The notes: generated from the letters alone by a model not told the origin. DNA of 64,000 nucleotides from the human T2T-CHM13v2.0 reference genome, Homo sapiens (GCF_009914755.1 NC_060931.1), one strand, 5' to 3'. Counted from the first letter of the stretch, positions 33,539 to 58,875 are shown. Numbers and translations: made by a program.

Positions 33539-34774
33539 CTAGGCCGAGGGGATCCTCTTGGTGGGGACCCCTGCATATACAGCAGCACCCTGGACCCACA
33601 GGCCACAGCAACAATACAGAGAGCAAAAACCTACCACTAATATTCCTGCTATGCTACCTATGATTATGAGAGCCCAACATAGGCCAGAGCCCAGAGATGC
33701 CCACCATCTCTGAAGGGGGTCGTCAGTAAGGTGCTCAATCACCTTAATCTCCTGTGACACCCTTTGTAAAGCTGCTGTTATGTTCCGGTGGTTGTCAGGT
33801 ATAAATGTACAACGTTGTGTCCCTACAAGGGCACAGGTGCCACCTTGGGTAGCTGTGACTGTGTCTAAAGCCATCTGGTTTTGTAGCACCACCTTCCTGA
33901 TCTGATCAACTTCATCAGTTAACAAAAGGAGAGCAACTCAGGTGTCATTCAGAGCACGAGCTGTGTGCTCTGCAAAGGCTGTAACCTGCTTTTCTACAGT
34001 AATGACTTTTACTCCAGGGATAGTTATTGCTAAGGGATAGAACCACCAGGGGGCCCCCTGCCCTCGCAAAAAGCGGGAATGCAGTGCCTCCTAATAATGC
34101 CAGCAACTAGGCAATGGGGGAAACACAGTGGCAGGCACATTGGGCCACCCCAGGTACAACATCTGGTCCAACTGGATGGCAGACATGGCCATCCTGTGTC
34201 CCCACAGACCCATAAACTCCCAGGGGGCACGAAGTCCATGGGGGGGGCCCAGCCTTGGTAAGGCTGCTTGTTCCACCACACCCTTGGTGTGGTGACATGT
34301 GTTGTGTTTGCACAAACCTCAGTAGGCAGCCATCCCACAGTGACTTTTCCCCGGTGCTGCTCTATGCATTGTGGCACCTGCGATGGGGGCACCACGTGAT
34401 CTCCTATTAGCCAGCCCCATCCATCATGGACACTATGAGTCAGCCAGGGGGCAGGCTTGCCATGGTTTTGCAACACCCCTGTCCAAAGCCCGCTGTGTTG
34501 CATACCACCCATTGTCCATGGGATCCCAAGTCTCTAGTGATGTTCAGTTCTGCACAGAAGCTGGATGCACGTGACAAGGCAAGCTGTCCGCAGCTGCTGC
34601 TGGGAGGGCAGTGCAGATGCAACAGTTGGAGACATTGGTCACCTCAGTGTAGGCGTGGGCCCAATCCACAATGCTGTTGGAGCATGCCAAACTACAGCTG
34701 GAACAACAAAGCAGGCACAGGTACTAACAGGGACAAATCACGTCCCTCAGGCAAAATACAGGCCAACTTTTCAT
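33539..34774 (-). pseudogene. Decayed ERV env (gamma-type SU-TM), about 410 codons
   Basis: Signal-like MKSWPVFCLRDVICPC*YLCLLCC, SU NCCIC (CxxC), ISD LQNQMALDTVTATQGGTC, CX6CC remnant CALVGTQRC, TM helix WALIIIGSIAGILVVGF. Several stops and frameshifts. Confidence 0.88.
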
Positions 34775-35419
34775 CTCTGGATAACAATGTAGCCGTCAAG
34801 GGCTTCTGCCCTGGGCTATGATACCACACCTTCTCAGCTCCCCATGGTTCTTTTGGGTCCTGTACCCGTGCCAAAATCAAAGGGGAGCTCATAATAGGCC
34901 ACACAGACAGTACATATGTCCCCCAGAGAAGGGTCCCTTCCCTGGCTGGTTTCTCGGGAAACATCTTAGACCACACAAAGGAAAGCTCTAGCGTGCATGT
35001 GCCAGATAACATTATGAATCACCTTCTTTGACCACTTCCTGACTCCTTAATCTGCCTTGCTGCTAACCTTCCAAAATCCTGTTTTTGATGCCTTTTCTTC
35101 CGTTTTCATCTTGGCCCCTCTGGGTTGAGTGCTTGACTCTATTTGGCTTCTGTCGGCAGTAATTCTGACTCTTCTCTCTGGCCAAGCTCCCTCAGGTGAG
35201 GACCCTTCCTGCTTTCACTTGACCTCCTAGTTTGGCTTTTTCAGGCCTGGGAGTGGGGTCTGGGCAGTATGTGAAGCCAAGCCAGGATATGCATAGAGAG
35301 CCCATGCTAGGATAATGCATTAAGAATCTGTTTAAAAGACCATTGGCTTATCTCCTGGACAGCTAAACCCACAGTGATATATACTGTTAGAGCCTTCCAA
35401 CATCCATCTCCCCACCCCT

Positions 35420-35850
35420 TTGTTTTAACATCAGAGTCACTATATAACTGGGGCAGAGAGTGGAGCAGTGAGGAAGAGAAGGATACTCTGACAGCAAAAT
35501 TTAAGACTACATTTCTAGGTATGGCCATATGACTTAGTTCCAGCCAATGATATGTAAAGAAGACTCATTAAAAGGGGACCAACAACTAAGGAAGTGTTTT
35601 TTTTTCTTCTTCCTCTTTGGAATAAAGGCATGATGGCTGGAGCTGCAGTAGCCATATTGGATCAAGAGGATAGGTACCATGTGCTGAGGACAGTAAAGTA
35701 TAAAGATAAACTCAGGTTCCTCATAGCTTAATGATGCCACCAAATCTTCTTAGACTATCTTTAGACTTATTTTATGTGAGAGAATAAACCTCTATGGGTT
35801 TAAGCCATTGTCACTTTTGGATTTCTGTCATATGTTGTAAAACCTAAGCT
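35420..35850 (+). mobile_element. MLT1-type LTR remnant
   Basis: gatggctggagctgcagtagccat..gagaataaacctctatgggtttaagccattg. Confidence 0.55.
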
Positions 35851-36849
35851 AATCATATATACTAACACCTTCTCTTTTCCTACTTTTATCTTGTTGCCAC
35901 CTTCAAAAAAAGAGAGGAGTATTTTATTAATGATGGCAACCTGTGGTTTTGGATTGCTTTTCTAAGCGGTTGCTGCCACCATTGCTGTTGAAGCAAAAGT
36001 GAAGCACATTGTTTTGGTACAGTTGTAATACTCCCCGTGGCCACAGACTCCAAATCTCAGGTACTTAAGACATTGACATCTACTAGAAATATGTAAGTAT
36101 TAGTCCTTACCTCCACTCTGTACCCGTGGTGGTGTGTCCTGTGTGGAAAATGTGCATACAGTCTTTGCATACAAGTTTCTGAATCACTTTTTCAAAGTCA
36201 TTGTGAAAACATATGATCTTTAGTGGGATTCCTGGGTGTTAGCTGAGAACGTTCAGCCTATTGTTCAGATTCATACTTCCCTTGGCCCCCAACTTTTTAA
36301 TATAAAAAATTTTCAAAAATATATAAAAGTTGAAAGAATGTTACAATTCATATTCATATCCTCACCACCAAGTGTCAATAGTTGTTAATATTTTGTTATT
36401 TCACTTTATCTGTATACCCACACAGATTTAAAGCTAAATCTGTATCTAGAGTGACACTGTTTTTGGTTATCCATTTGAAAGTGAGTTGCGGACATCATTT
36501 TTTCACTATTAACGTATCCTGAATTTCCAAATTGTGTTCTACGTGGTCATGAGAGTGCCAAAGGCAGATTCCTAGGTGTTTTCAGCCCAAGAGTATGTGT
36601 GGCTTAGAAGCCCTTCAGCCTCAATATGGGCCATATCAGGAAGGATGCTTTGGGACTGTTACAAAGTGTATAGCAAAGATACTTGAAAAAAAGAAACCTG
36701 TACTCTTTTTGTTGTTGTTGCTGGTGTAGGGAAATATCTGCTTTGTTCCTAAAATACTGTAAGTTCAGCAAAATTCCACCAAATCAGTTTGAAAATATCT
36801 GAGCGATGATGTTGACTACTGGTTATTTCTGGAAAGCCTTTATTTATTC

Positions 36850-44630
<7,781 letters not shown>

Positions 44631-44730
44631 CTCTATCCTTCCTGGCTTCATTCATTTGCATCGTTGTTAACATCCCTTCTCAACAAAACTAAAGGATCTC
44701 CCTCAAGATGCACATTCCTGAGAAGTCAGG

Positions 44731-44732
<2 letters not shown>

Positions 44733-44772
<40 letters not shown>
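44733..44772. repeat. (GT)n microsatellite, ~20 units
   Basis: Perfect GT run. Confidence 0.95.
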
Positions 44773-44774
<2 letters not shown>

Positions 44775-45093
44775 ATGTGAACGCATGCGTGGACATATGC
44801 ATTCATCATAAATAGACTGTAAGTCCCACTTAACTATATCACTATATTAATTTGCTCATTCCCTTGGTAAAATTCTTTGGTAACCATCAGAGGCTAGTGG
44901 AATGCTCCCTAACAGGTGTGTGCATTTCTGTTTCTACAAGCAAATGTCAGAAGAGTCAATAGTGTTTGCTCCCAAACGTGATCGTACCAGTTGTAAATGA
45001 CATACTGTAAATGTCATAGTTAAACATTACATAAACTGAAAGTGTGAAAATGAAATTTTTAAACAATAACTCAGAGATTCTATAAAGATTAAC

Positions 45094-45457
<364 letters not shown>

Positions 45458-46639
45458 TTACTTCATCAGTTTCTTTAAATTTAGTTCTCTTTAGAGACCT
45501 GGACAGTGCACATTGTTTGTTTACATAAGGAAGAGGTTATATAATTCATTCTACAGACTCCTGCTTAAAGAAAAGGGCTGTGCTTACAATACATGTGATG
45601 AATAAAAAGGAATATTTGAGCTGTGTGTGTATGCAATCTCTTATTTTGCTTTCTCACTTGATGTGACTTTTTCAATTAATTGATTGCATTAGATAAAAGG
45701 GCTTCTTCTGAATTTTAATTTTAACACTTTCTCCTGTCACAGTAAGGTTGTGTACAATAAATTCTGTTTTTAAGAAAAGGAATGTTTTGAGCTCACTGGC
45801 TGGAAGTGTTTTAGAAAAACTCTTAAGCCTGGTCATAAAACTAACTCTTGAATTCCACTGTTTGTCTCAGAGCAGTGGCAAGAATAGCTGAAAAGTTAAG
45901 CAATAGGTTTGACAACAAAATAGGTAAGTCATCTCAAGCGACTCTTGACATGTTTCAAATGCAGAACATATCAGGGTTGGAAGATATTGTCATTGCTGAC
46001 CTTGACACACTGGCTAGTGGGAATTAATTTATAAAAGGTAAATAACCAAGGACTCTCGGATAGGACTCCATCCCTTTTTCCTTCCCTCCCTCCCTCTCTC
46101 TTTTAACATAAATAGTTTATAACCTCCATTTGTCTTAAGGCATAAGAAGATCCCAGACCTATTCCTGATGGCCAATACAAACACACACAGTGATCATATT
46201 CCTGGAACTAGAAGTCCAGAAAACTGGTTTACCAGTGAGACAGAATATTTGAAATTGGGACATTAATTTTACTTTTTGTTATGGATTTATGTAAATAAAG
46301 TTTTGTGACTATTGCTAAAATTACTGAGAATATAAATTTGGACCCTGCCTGGAGGGTTACCTGTAATAATTTTTATTCTTTCCCTGAGTAAGCCTTTGGT
46401 GGTGAGAGACAACTCTCTTAGCCAAAGGAGAATTCAAAGTCTCACTCCAGGATCTGCAGATAAGAGGCTGTTAGGAAGTGGAAAAGAGCATCATGGGAGA
46501 TTCGTGTTTTTACAAAGGCTCAGGACAGTGGCTTCTCAGACAACAGGGCCCCTCCCTTGGGCTCCAAGCTTTGGACTGCCTCCCTGCCCCCCTCCTCCAG
46601 CCCATCTCCAACCTTGCACCTCCTCTGCAAGGCCAAGGG

Positions 46640-47119
46640 GACATGACCACCCAGGGCCTGCGTTTCCCTTTCTGGACCATGTGCAGGTATCTGGTCCTCA
46701 GAATTCCCCACCCAAATGGCTGGAGTCTGCTTCTGGGGCTGTGTGGGCCTCTTTCCTGGATGGAAGGATAACCAAGATCCCTAACCCTGAGAGGTCACTT
46801 AATTACTAATGGACAGCTTCCATAGTTTTTGTCCGTGTCCAACTTAAGACCAACCAGAGAAAGCCAAATATGTTTCCCTAACCAATCACATAGGATGCCC
46901 TGCTTCTTCCTAACCACCTCCAGCTTCCCCATGCCAACAGCCTCTAATCAGGGCACACTGGAGCATTCCCCATTTTTTTCCCTGCTATAAAGCCTTCCTC
47001 TGCCTGCCTTTGAGTCTCTGCCAAATTCGAGTGACAGTAGCTGACTCCCTTGCTAGAGCAAGTTCTGAATAAATAGTCCTTCTCTGTTCTCCTTTGGGTA
47101 ATCTTTGTTTATTTCCACA
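46640..47119 (+). mobile_element. Old ERV1-class LTR (MER89/MER110-like)
   Basis: agccaaatatg..taaccaatcacataggatgcc, ctataaagc, tgaataaatag, and the end tttatttccaca. The 5' boundary is uncertain. Confidence 0.55.
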
Positions 47120-47371
47120 ATTGCCACAGTTTTTCAGTCTCCCTGATTTTCATATCTAGGCCGAAGGCGAAGAATGATTAATCAAAATATTTGTGTCTTT
47201 ATTATTTATTTAATACATTTAAATGTTATGTAAAATTTTCTGAGGAAGAGTGAAAAAATTAAAAGTATTGACTGTTGGGAACCTAATTATATATATATAA
47301 TTGATTGCATTAGATAAAAGGGCATATATATATATATTTATATATACATACTCAGAAGAAGCCCCCTACCT

Positions 47372-47630
47372 TTGTTTTTTGAGACAGGGTGTCGCTCTGT
47401 TGCCCAGGCTGGAGTGCAGTGGTGTGATCTCGTTTCACTGCAACCTCAGCCTCCCTAGTAGCTGGGATTACAGGCATGTGCCTCCATGCCTGGCAAATTT
47501 TTGTATTTTTAGTAAAGACAAGGTTTCACAATGTTGTCCAGGCTGGTCTCGAACTCCTGACCTCAAGTGATCAGCCCGCCTCATCCTCCCAAAGTGCTGG
47601 GATTACAGGCATGAGCCACCACACCTGGCC
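47372..47630 (-). mobile_element. Alu with an internal deletion
   Basis: Antisense Alu with TSD cagaagaagccc (47353-47364 / 47631-47642). Confidence 0.88.
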
Positions 47631-47797
47631 CAGAAGAAGCCCTTTTATCTAATGCAATCAATCAGTTTAAAAAGTCACATAAAGTGGGAAAACATAAAAA
47701 GAGATTGCCCATACAGCTCAAATATTCCTTTTTATTTATCACATGTATCATAAGAATAGGGCTTTTCTTTGAGCAGGAGTCTGTAGAATGAATTGTA

Positions 47798-47902
47798 TTA
47801 GGTTGGTGCAAACGTAATTGTAGTTTTTGCCATTACTTTTAATAGTGGTTTTTGCAATTAAAAGTAATGGCAAAAACTGCAATTACGTTTGCACCAACCT
47901 AA
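47798..47902. mobile_element. MADE1 (Hsmar1 MITE), enlarged to 105 bp
   Basis: TIRs ttaggttggtgcaaa / tttgcaccaacctaa inserted at a TA. Arm A shows the empty site. Confidence 0.92.
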
Positions 47903-48554
47903 ATATACAACCTCTTCCTTATGTAAACAACCAATGTGCACTGTCCAGGTCTCAAAGAGAACTAAATTTAAACACACCTGTGAAAAAAAGATATGTATAT
48001 TTGTGTATGTCTTTTATTTTAATTCTTATAAAAGAGTTCTTTAAAAAATATTTACATTTATGTTTTCTTTTAACAACTTGATTAATATCTCAGTCTACTA
48101 GTGTGACTATCAGTCTGTTAGTGTGAATTTGCCGGATTTATGATGAAAATTTTGGAAGGAGATCAGCACTTGAGGAAATAACACTGGCTTGTCAAAGTTT
48201 ATAACTTCAGCTTTAAGTGGTACATGTACACTTGCAGTTTCCAATCTCACCCATCAGATGGTGCCAATACTTCACTAGTAGTTTTGCCACAATGCTTTGA
48301 TATCCTCCGATGTGGCATTTGAAAAGCATTGAAAGATTGATTACTTATGCTCTTGATAAAGTTAAGGATTTTATTATTAATTCAGCTTTAGATGTAGTTA
48401 AAAATGAGTACAAGTGTATGACACCCTTCAGATAAACGTATGCTAAAGAATTAAGCAGCCTGAAATGAATGGAGAGCTATTTATTTTTTATAGTTGTATC
48501 TTACTGTATATTTAATTTACGCAATTCCCCAAAACCAGTTGCTTCTTCTTCTTC

Positions 48555-49622
48555 CTTTTTTTTTTTTAAATTATACTTTAAGTTCTGGGATACATGTGCA
48601 GAATGAGCAGGTTTGTTACATAGGTATACACGTGCCATGGTGGTGTGCTGCACCCATCAACCCCTCATCTACATTAGGTATTTCTCCTAATGCTATCCTT
48701 CCACTAGCCCCCCACCCCCTGACAGGCCCCAGTTTGTGATGTTCCCCTCCCTGTGTCCGCATGTTCTCATTGTTCAACTCTCACTTATGAGTGAGAACGT
48801 GCAGTGTTTGGTTTTCTGTTCCTGTGTTAGTTTGCTGAGATTGATGGTTTCCAGCTTTATCCAGGTCTCTGCAAAGGACATGAACCCATCCTTTTTTATG
48901 GCTGCATAGTATTCCATGGTGTATATGTGCCACATTTTCTTTATTCAGTCTGTCATTGATGGGCATTTGGATTGGTTCCAAGTCTTTGCTATTGTGAATA
49001 GTGCTGCAATAAACATACGTGTTCATGTGTCTTTATAGTAGAATGATTTATAATCCTTTGGGTATATACCAGAGATTGCTGGGTCAAATGGTATTTCTGG
49101 TTCTAGATCCTTGAGGAATCGCCACACTGTCTTCTACAATGGCTGAACTAATTTACACTCCCACCAACAGTGTAAAAGCGCTCCTATTGCCCCACATCCT
49201 CTCCAGCACCTGTTGTTTCCCGACTTTTTAATGATCACCATTCTAACTGGCATGAGATGGTATCTCATTGTGGTTTTGATTTGCATTTCTCTAATGACCA
49301 ATGATGATGAGCTTTTCTTTCATATGTTTTTTGGCCGCATAAATGTCTTCTTTTGAGAAGTGTCTGTTCATATCCTTTGCCCACTTTTGGATGGGGTTGT
49401 TTGTTTTTTTCTTGTAAATTAGTTTAAGTTTGTTTAAGTTCCTTGTAGATTCTGGATATTAGCCCTTTGTCACATGGATAGATTGCAAACATTTTCTCCC
49501 TATTCACTCTGATGATAGTTTCTTTTGCTGTGCAGAAACTCTTTAGTTTAATTAGATCCCATTTGTCAATTTTGGCTTTTGTTGCCATTGCTTTTGGTGT
49601 TTTAGTCATGAAGTCTTTGCCC
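48555..49622 (-). mobile_element. 5'-truncated L1PA (PA6-PA8-like) 3' end
   Basis: attatactttaagttctgggatacatgtgcagaa. ORF2 C-terminus ([28 protein letters not shown]). TSD ccaaaaccagtt on both sides. Confidence 0.92.
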
Positions 49623-51233
49623 AAAACCAGTTCCTACAAGTTAGATCTTTCCAAATTTCCATGTGCTTGCCATCTGCTGCATTGCAGACCAGCCATGTAG
49701 TATGAAAACTTGCTCTGAAGCTGCACTCCTAACTGCACTAATTGTTAAATCACAATTACTTTTGCACCAACTGAATAGCTCCTAGAGTGCTTCCTGGAGT
49801 CGGCAGTTTGCACCTACCCTGGGAGGGAGAAGGCAAATCACTCAGTGCTCCTCAGTGTCTTTTCCAGGCTCCTGATGGAGTTCAGCAGGCTTCTACGGTA
49901 TGGCCATTCCTTGTTTCCTTTAACTTGACTCCATTCATTTGTTCAATGGTGTTTCCTGAACAAGAGAGGTTATAACTTTTCCTCCTTAAGCTTTGTGCCT
50001 TGAGACTCAAGTGCTGTCTAGAAGTAGCGGAATGCTTTGCCCAGAAACTCTGCTTCTCTTTTGGAAGATGACCCTGAACTCACTGATATCATAGAATTTA
50101 CTCAAAACAGCCATAAACGCTCACATAAGCTCTTTTATCATAAATTGAAAGCATACATAGGAGGTCTTGGTACTCAATGAACTGGGCATAGGGGATTTAT
50201 AAATTAATAATCAAATGAGGATGTCCTCTGGTTCACAGTTCCTTATCTGAAATTCTTTGGGCCAGATGTACTTTGGAATTCAGAACGTTTTGAATATGTA
50301 GAGCTAATATTATGCATATGCTATATATTACATAATGCTCTGGAAGGGTCTAGGACAACTCCCTATAATCAACCCATTAATTTTTCTGCAGGGAAACATA
50401 AATGTTCATATTAAGTGGGATAAATAAAGCCTAAATGTCCTCATGTCATGGCAGGTCAGGGTGTGCCTCCAAAGTGAGCTATGAAACAAATCTTTGGTTG
50501 TCAGAGCTTTTTGGATTTGGAGAATGTGAATAAGATAATGTGGACTTGTGTTAGGTGCTTTATGTGTTGTTTCATCTAGTCCTCATAGAAGTCCTGTGTT
50601 AAATATAAGGATATACGAATATGAGGAGCCTGAGGGTCAGAGTGGTTAAGTAGCTTTCCTAATGTTCCACGGCAGAGCCAACACTCAAACTGGCCTGGCT
50701 CTAAACAGGCTTAATGTTGCATCGGTTTCCACTTTATAAATTAGTAAAATGCTAAAACTTCAAGTTCCTTGCCTATGTTTGGCTTTTTGCCAATATTCTG
50801 CACTATTTTTTATTTTCTTTGGCATCCATGAGAAAGAATATGGTTGCATAGTGAACAATTTGCTCTCTGATGGATGGAGGGAAAGGCTCTTGCTGGCACC
50901 TTTGCAGAGCACCGTACTGGCTTGGGGAGGGAGCAGGGTTGCAGTGCTGGAGAACAAAACAGTCAGCTCTGCAAATGTCAGATTTTCCAGTAGTTGGAGA
51001 CTCCTGCAGTGCACTTGGTCCACACAGCTAGTCAACCTTGATGTTGTCTGCAAAATGATCCAACATCTCATTAACGTCTCTCACTTCCTTTTGCGCATTG
51101 TGCACTAGCTTGGATTTCTGCTCCTTTGAATGGGGACATCAGAAGTCACTTGGCTTAATCAAGTTGTCAGCAGGCCAGGGAGGAACTGTTGGCTTTATTC
51201 TGTGCATTGTCTCAGGATGGGAATGAATTAAAG

Positions 51234-51528
51234 TAGTTATATTTTAAAATTATGCTTTCAAGGCAATTCATAAACCATGTTCCTTTTTTGCATCCTAATT
51301 ATCCTTTTTCTCCTTTCCCTTATTTCTTTCCCTGTGCCAAACTATAACCCATTTATAGTCTAAAGTTTAGGGGTATACAATAGTTATATTTTAAAATTGT
51401 GCTTTCAAGGTAATTCATAAACCATGTTCCTTTTTTGCATCCTAATTATCCTTTTTCTCCTTTCCCTTATTTCTTTCCCTGTGCCAAATTATAACCCTAT
51501 TTATAGTCTACAGTTTAGGGGTATACAA
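51234..51528. repeat. Tandem duplication, 147 + 148 bp
   Basis: 51234-51380 vs 51381-51528, with 4 substitutions and 1 indel counted by eye. Confidence 0.95.
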
Positions 51529-51849
51529 TCTTTTTCTTCCCTGTTGTTTCTTTCTTGTAATGAAATTAGTAACTTAGCAAAAGCATGGACGAGAGCTCTT
51601 TTTATATACCTGTAAAAATATTGCAGGAAACAATAAACTTTGTAACATTTTAATGGACTAAATCTTTTATAGACTTTCAAGATTTGTTAGAAAAATTATT
51701 CATCTATAGGACTACATATACCAATATGTCATTCTTAAGGTGCTTTTAAAAGTCCTCCTTGGCTAATTTTTATGAAGGTAGATAGTAGATACACATATTC
51801 ATGCGTTCACACACCCAGCCTTCCATCTGTCCATAATATTTATATGCAA

Positions 51850-54600
<2,751 letters not shown>

Positions 54601-54749
54601 TTTTTTTATTTAATTTTTAATTTTTAATGGGTATATAGTAGGTATATATATTTTTATATATATGCTTTCTATTACATGTTTTTTAATTCTAGCTTGTCTT
54701 TCTGATTCTTTCTTAGAATTTCTATCTCCTTAATTACATTGCCCATCTG

Positions 54750-56695
<1,946 letters not shown>

Positions 56696-56907
56696 TTACC
56701 CATCTGTTCTTACATGTTGTCCATTAGAGCCCTTAGCATACTCTTCATAATTATTTTAAATTCCTAGTGTAATAGCTCCAACACCCCTGTCATATCTGAA
56801 TGTGCTCTGATGCTTGCTCTGTCTTTTCAAACTGTTTTTGCCTGTTAGTGTGCCTTGCACTTTTCTGTTGAAAGCCAGTCATGACATATCTAGTACTACT
56901 TCCATTG

Positions 56908-58757
56908 GGCCAGGCATGGTGGCTCACACCTGTCATCCCAGCACGCCTGACATCCCAGCTGAGGAGGGAGGATCGCTTGAGGCTAGGAGTTCAAGACCAG
57001 CCTGGGCAACAGAGTGCGGCCCCGTCTCTACAAAAACAAAACAAAACGAAACACCCCCACCCCCCACTTACACTGGATGTTTCTGCTTCTGGGATTCCAC
57101 TTCAGTGAGTTGGAATTCTCTGTACCTTCCTCTCTCTCCAGTGCTTGGGAAATGGTTTGCCCCGTGACTTCAAATCTCTGGCAGATCTAAGAAGGGTTGT
57201 TGATTTTTCAGCCTGTCCAGGCTTTTTCTTGTTAGGATGGAGTGACAACTTTCAAACTCACTACATGCTGGATCAGAAAACAGAAACCTCTCAGTGTAAT
57301 TTCAAATTACATTTATCTAATTATAAGTGAAGTTAAACAGATTTTTATATTTTTTATGTGTAAGGTGCCTTTGATTCTATTTTCTCTTAACTTTAGCCAT
57401 TCATATCTTCTGCCAATTTAAAAACTGAATTGTTAGCTTTTTCCTTCTTGCTTTTTAAGAACTCTTCATGTCCTGGGGAGATTAGCTCTTCGTCTGTGAA
57501 ATGGGGTGTGTGTCCCCCCATTTTGCCACTTGTCTTTTGACTCTGCTTACAGTATGTTTTCAACGTACAAAAACTTTTACTTTTAAGAAGTCAATTTATC
57601 AACATTTACATGGTTTCTGGGCTGGGTGCAGTGACTCATGCTTATAATCCCAGCACTTTGGGAGGCTGAGGCGGGTGGATCACTTTTAGCTTAGGAATTT
57701 GAGACAAGCCTGGGCAACATGGTGAAACCCCATCTCTACAAAAAATACAAAAATTAGGTGGGCGTTGGTGGTTTGCACCTGTAGTCCCAGCTACTCAGGA
57801 GGCTGAGGCTGGAGAATCACTTGAGCCTGGGAAGCGGAAGTTGGAGCGAGCCAAGATCTCACCACTGCACTCCAGCCTGGGCGAAAGAGTGGGAACCCAT
57901 CTTGAAACAAACAAACAAACAACAAACAAAAAATGGTTTCTGGGTCCTGAGTCAGGCATGAATTCTAAAAGAGTTTGGAAATGCATAATGATAAAGAGGA
58001 ATTATTTTATTATTATTATTTAAAACACCGTTTGCCATAATTGCTCTGTCTCCCAAGGGAGTGGCATACTTTCCCTCCAGAGCAGAGTTTTTGGCAACCC
58101 CTCCTTGCCCCTACTAATGAATCATTTAATGTGAAAAGAGAGCCCTCAGAGGAACAACATAATGAGAAAAGACACAATTTACTCTGCACAATGATAAAGA
58201 ATGTGTAAGTTTCAAGGAGTACCTCCCTTAGGGCTTCAAGGGAGGAGTGGAGGGAGAGGAGGAGCAATGAGCAGTGTCGTGGGGCCAGCTGCAGAGGAGG
58301 GGCCCCGTGGAAAATCCCGGGGTGGGGCACTAAAAGGCAGGGACGTGTGACTGACTTCCAGTTTTAGGTCATGTGCTACTCTGTGCTACAGGATAACTTT
58401 CTGCATTATTCCCAAACCATCATTAAATATGCACTGGCACAGCAAACAAGAAGAAAATGGGATGAGGTATGGTCAAGAAAGCAGAAGAGGACAAATGTGG
58501 TGGCTCACCCTGTATTCCCAGCATTTTGGGAGGCCGAGGCTGGAAGATCAATTGAACCCAGGAGTCAGACACCAGCCTGGGCAACATAAAGAGAACCGGT
58601 CTCTACAAAGCTATAAAGAAAAGTTAGCTGGAGGTGGTAGTGTATGACTGTAGTCCCCGTTACTCGGGAGGCTGAGGCAGGAGGATTCCTTGAGCCAGGG
58701 GATGGGGGATGGGGTTCGAGGCAGCAGTGTGCTGTGATTGTGCCACTTCACTCCAGA
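56908..58757 (+). mobile_element. FLAM/Alu copies at 56908-57045, 57619-57930 and 58495-58757
   Basis: Sense Alu consensus segments, J-like divergence. Confidence 0.8.
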
Positions 58758-58875
58758 AAGAAATAAAGCAGAAGAAAGCTAAAGTGGATTTCTAGCAAGG
58801 AAGATAAGAAAGTGCAGTTTGGGTCTGACTCAGGAGTAATTGTGAGACAATTCCTTTCCCCCAAATAGCCCAGAG

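Larger units (their letters stand above)
45474..47972. repeat. Inverted duplication: arm A 45474-45711, arm B 47631-47972 (B contains a MADE1)
   Basis: For example, tttaaatttagttctctttagagacctggacagtgcacattg in A is the reverse complement of caatgtgcactgtccaggtctc-aaagagaactaaatttaaa in B. The arms are colinear over ~240 bp. Confidence 0.92.

Noticed and set aside
49750-49776. Lone MADE1/Hsmar1 TIR (caattacttttgcaccaac)
   Set aside because: Likely a common solo-TIR fragment with no partner arm nearby.
50749-51108. Overlapping 119-aa (+) and 103-aa (-) ORFs in unique DNA
   Set aside because: No recognisable domain, poly-A tail or TSD to indicate a gene or processed pseudogene.
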